From contig OZ316895.1 of assembly GCA_973895155.1 (NCBI GenBank), positions 17,687,437 to 17,751,436 on the forward strand: 64,000 nt of DNA. Direction: 5' to 3'. The stretch comes from Marsupella aquatica (lineage: Eukaryota; Plantae; Marchantiophyta). Positions 60,579 through 64,000 of this stretch are shown here, in pieces. The translations under genes and the position numbers were made by a program. Each line of letters begins with the position of its first letter. Position 1 is the first letter of the stretch. The notes below the pieces were generated by a model, which saw only the letters and a program-made list of their open reading frames with translations, was not told the DNA's origin and made no database searches.

Positions 60579-61899
60579 CCAAAATTGTCCTAATGATTAC
60601 GAAACAAGGACTATAATGGAATGAAGCTTTGCAATAAAACACTTGCCCAAGTTGGAGACAACCATTCCATTGTACCACGGTTTCCATGCCTTCGTGTGCA
60701 GTTTCATGAACATATCATTTACCGAATGAATATACCATTTATCCAATATAAATATTTAGGTGGGAGGAGGTAGGTAGGGTGCAATCAGAGGGGCACAAAA
60801 TCATCCTCACGTGGCAGCATGAGCACACAAAAAGATCTTTCCACTTTGCACCACCCCCTCTTAGGTAACAAAAGCGCATCAAAAGTTGCACCATATCCCT
60901 CCAGCACACATCTCAAATTCTGCACCTTGCGTAGATTGCGGCAAAGGATGCCAAATGGATGTAATACCACCACTTATTACTTGCACCCAACTCTCTTTCT
61001 ATGTGTGTATTTTTGCCAAATTCTTATTCCCACCTCACCCTTACTTGTACCAAAGATTTGTTTGCGAGAAAATATAGCCAGCAATCCTCTCCATTTTCTG
61101 ATGCAGCCACCCTCCTTGTTGTTGCACACTCTGTCCCCATCACATTCACCAGCCAAACGTTTAGGTCCACAACGGTTATGATGGGCCTACATCCATCACA
61201 ACCTTCCCTCAGGTGATGTGGCTGGTCATTTGCCAGCTCCTCAAAGACCCTCCCGCCTCAATTGCCTTCATACAGCCCCTCCTCTAGCCTATGGCCAGTG
61301 ACTCTTTAATCTCCCCAAAATCAGACCCTAGGTGAAGGAAAAAGCACTTGGCAATTTGAGTCCCCTGACTGTCCGCTGCCCACCTATTGCCTGCAAAATC
61401 TGAATGATTCCTGATTTGTCTAAGTGTAAGGAGTTTAATCTGAACCCCACTTTTGGGTGGTATTTGTGCAAAGAGCACCCAGCCTCACAGGGTTTCCAAC
61501 CCTTCACATCCCCACGCAAATATAGTCTATTGCAATGTTCACACATTGTCCAGTGACAAAACTAAGCTCCTATTCGTGATATTTATCTTTATATCATTTA
61601 TACACAGTTGGGGTAGCAATGGGGGACATTGGGTATAGTTGTCATCAGAAATGCCATAAATGATATTCCAGGGATCCGTCGCTTCAAATGAGAAAGAGCT
61701 CCCAATGGATTGTTCTATGGGTCACCAACGCTCCCAAACTCAGCCGACGGGCCAAACGTGGGATTGTTCTATGGGCCAGATTCTGGCTAACCTGACTTAG
61801 AGTCTAACTCGAGTATCTGGTCAACAGTCTTTGACTTGGATTTCCTGCCTCCCACGAAAGGCAGCATTACCACCATATAGGGGCCGGAATCTACTAGTA

Positions 61900-64000
61900 A
61901 CGGTATGACGTCGCACCTACACTATACAGGGACGGGGCTAGATAATTATTCATTTTATAAGTTCTCTGACACGTTCTGACTATCGTGGCAGCGGTAACCG
62001 GCGCTCCGCGGGACGGCTCCACCCCTCCCCCATGTGGGTCTGGTCCTCAACCCCCAACTCTCTCTGAACCAGTCACAATCCCGACCAGTCTCCCCACCGC
62101 CCCCTCCTCCGCACACCGCCCCCTCACCTACCAGGTCGTCGAATGTTCGCTCGCGAACGTGTTCTACTTTTGCGGCGACTCGACCTCCTCTTTCCCGGCG
62201 CCGGGAATAGGGTACCAGTCGGGGATAGAGTACCAGACTACCAGCAGCATGCAGGCTCACCACGAGACACACTTCGAAGGCCAACCTCCACAAACGAAGG
62301 GACTTTTTCATTCATCCTCGTGGGAAGTACTCACTCGTGTCGCTCCCCGGGTTCGCTGGTTCGTCCGCTGGACCGCCGTCAATCGCTCGATCCTCTCAGA
62401 TCTCCATGCAGCAGGGCGAGAACGAGCGAAGAACGTAGGAGCATTTCTCCAGTTCGGAGCAGGGAGAGCTTGTTTTGCGTCTGGGTTTCCTCATTGACTA
62501 CCATTGATGCGGAGAAAGGATACACGTTCGTTCTTCTTCTCGCCTACCGACAGGAGTTGTCTCCCGGGAAACGAATCGTGCTTAGAAGAGGAGCGAGCAG
62601 AGAAGGAAGGAAGGGAGCTGGTCGGTGGGCAGGCAAGTAAGCATGCGACTGTGGTAACATTTACGCAGTGCTCGTGTTGTCGACATGGAGTAGCGGTTTT
62701 GTGGGTCGTGCTCTACTGCTCTTGTAAGAAAGGCAATCGAGTAGCTAGTGCAGTGCAGTGCAGGCAGACGTAGCAGCCAGCCACTTCGGCACGGAGGGCA
62801 CTGGATACGGGTTGATCCTTTACGATCTCGTCCCGCGGAGCTTGCATTGTCGCTGAGGAGGATCTTTTTCTTGATTCGCAGGAAGGGAGGAGAAGGAGCA
62901 GGTGAGGTGAGGTGAGGTGAGGTGAAAGACAGAAGATCGGATGGCCAACTGCAGCTGGCGTTACGGAAACGAATTGAAAAGATTGAGCCACCTAGTTTTC
63001 GAAGCTTGAGAGTTGTATGCTCTTGTAAAGAAGTCAATTTGTCGGGGGAGCTGAGAAAGAGGTTCATCGGCGGATTAGTGCAGGAAGGGCACCAAAAGAA
63101 GGGTGGCCATTGTCCTTGAGGGGCGGTCGTTCTGAGTCTCTCTGTCTGTAAGGAAAGATTTTTTTAAGTTTAGTGAGCAGCAGCACAGCCTTCGGAATAG
63201 CTCAGATCGGCTGCGGTTTGTGTCCCGCCGGAAGAGTTCGGTCGTTCCCATTCTGCTTGTGTTCTTGGAAGGTAGCCATCTTTGTCACAGCGAAGGAGCA
63301 AACGAGAACAACAGCAGTATAGAGGACCGTGCTGTGGCTAAGACGCTTTGGGGCATTGCAAACCAGAGGTGTGGGAGTGTCCCTGCATTCGTGGAGAAAA
63401 CAGCGTGTAGTATGGTGAGTTTCATGGCTATGTGTGCAACACGTTGAATGTACCACTGAATTCGTCACAATTCGTGAGTCTCGTAGCTCTGGAGGATTGG
63501 ACGACGGGCGCAGTTTTTCAGTGGGTTCAAGGGGAGCGAGTGGTTGGAGGGAGACGAGAGGAGTGCGGAACCCGGCTTGAAAGAATTGATCTTGCCCGAG
63601 AAATAAACTCAGCTTGTCGAGTCCACAAACATCGATTGTGCTTGTGTACTTTCCGACACTCTTAATCTGCTCTGATGATTCACATCGTGATTCCAGCCTT
63701 CGTCAATGAGTGACCTTCAGCTCCATTCTGCATGCTTGGTATCGTTTTCCTTGTTTCGAAGCCCCGAGCAACAAACAGCTTGAGAAATAGGGCGGAAACG
63801 AACGGCTTTCACATGGCCAGAACTGAGCTGTGCTCTCACAAGAAACAGAGACACGGGTCCAGAGTGACACATAGACAGCTATGAGGACCAACATCCTCAT
63901 TTGTCATTCCTCTCCGCTCCATCTTTTTCGCCTTGGCTTTGGTCAGTAGGCTGAACGGTATCGCCTGGCTCAGGGAAAGACATAGGACGAAGCGAATTGG
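61900..64000 (+). other. Possible promoter and multi-exon 5' leader of a host gene extending beyond the window
   Basis: Non-repetitive and CpG-rich. Donor-like GTAAGC at about 62637. Exon-like block 63291-63414 bounded by CAG and ATG|GTGAGT. No coding homology recognised. Confidence 0.3.

Noticed and set aside
60700-61550. Possible second Harbinger transposase remnant on the minus strand
   Set aside because: Only a VERSF-like motif; too degenerate to support.
61955-63900. Several 60-170 aa ORFs at the right edge
   Set aside because: No recognisable domains; they overlap on both strands in GC-rich, UTR-like sequence.

Overview
Eukaryotic, transposon-dense nuclear DNA, most likely from a land plant. 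A non-seed lineage is suggested by the CRE-type LINE and the retroelement types, but that is inference. Only one intact host gene was reconstructed: a 9-exon Maf-family nucleotide pyrophosphatase (9472-13037). A possible 5' region of a second gene lies at the right edge. The rest is nested mobile DNA: (i) the 3' half of a Ty3/Gypsy element inserted into a Bianca-type Ty1/Copia gag, whose apparent 3' LTR is about 4.07 kb and carries an intact 798-aa ORF in U3; (ii) a 5.3-kb Mutator-like element (9-bp TSD) with a decayed transposase and an intact convergent ORF encoding an RNase H1-type hybrid-binding domain; (iii) a decayed PIF/Harbinger element hosting solo LTRs, an unclassified TIR element with periodic palindrome arrays, a full-length decayed Copia with an inverted self-LTR, and a solo LTR with AG...CT termini; (iv) MITEs; (v) a near-complete CRE-like RT/RLE non-LTR retrotransposon. 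The best candidates for new biology are the MULE-borne hybrid-binding protein and the ORF-bearing giant LTR. All homology calls come from motif recognition by eye; no searches were run.
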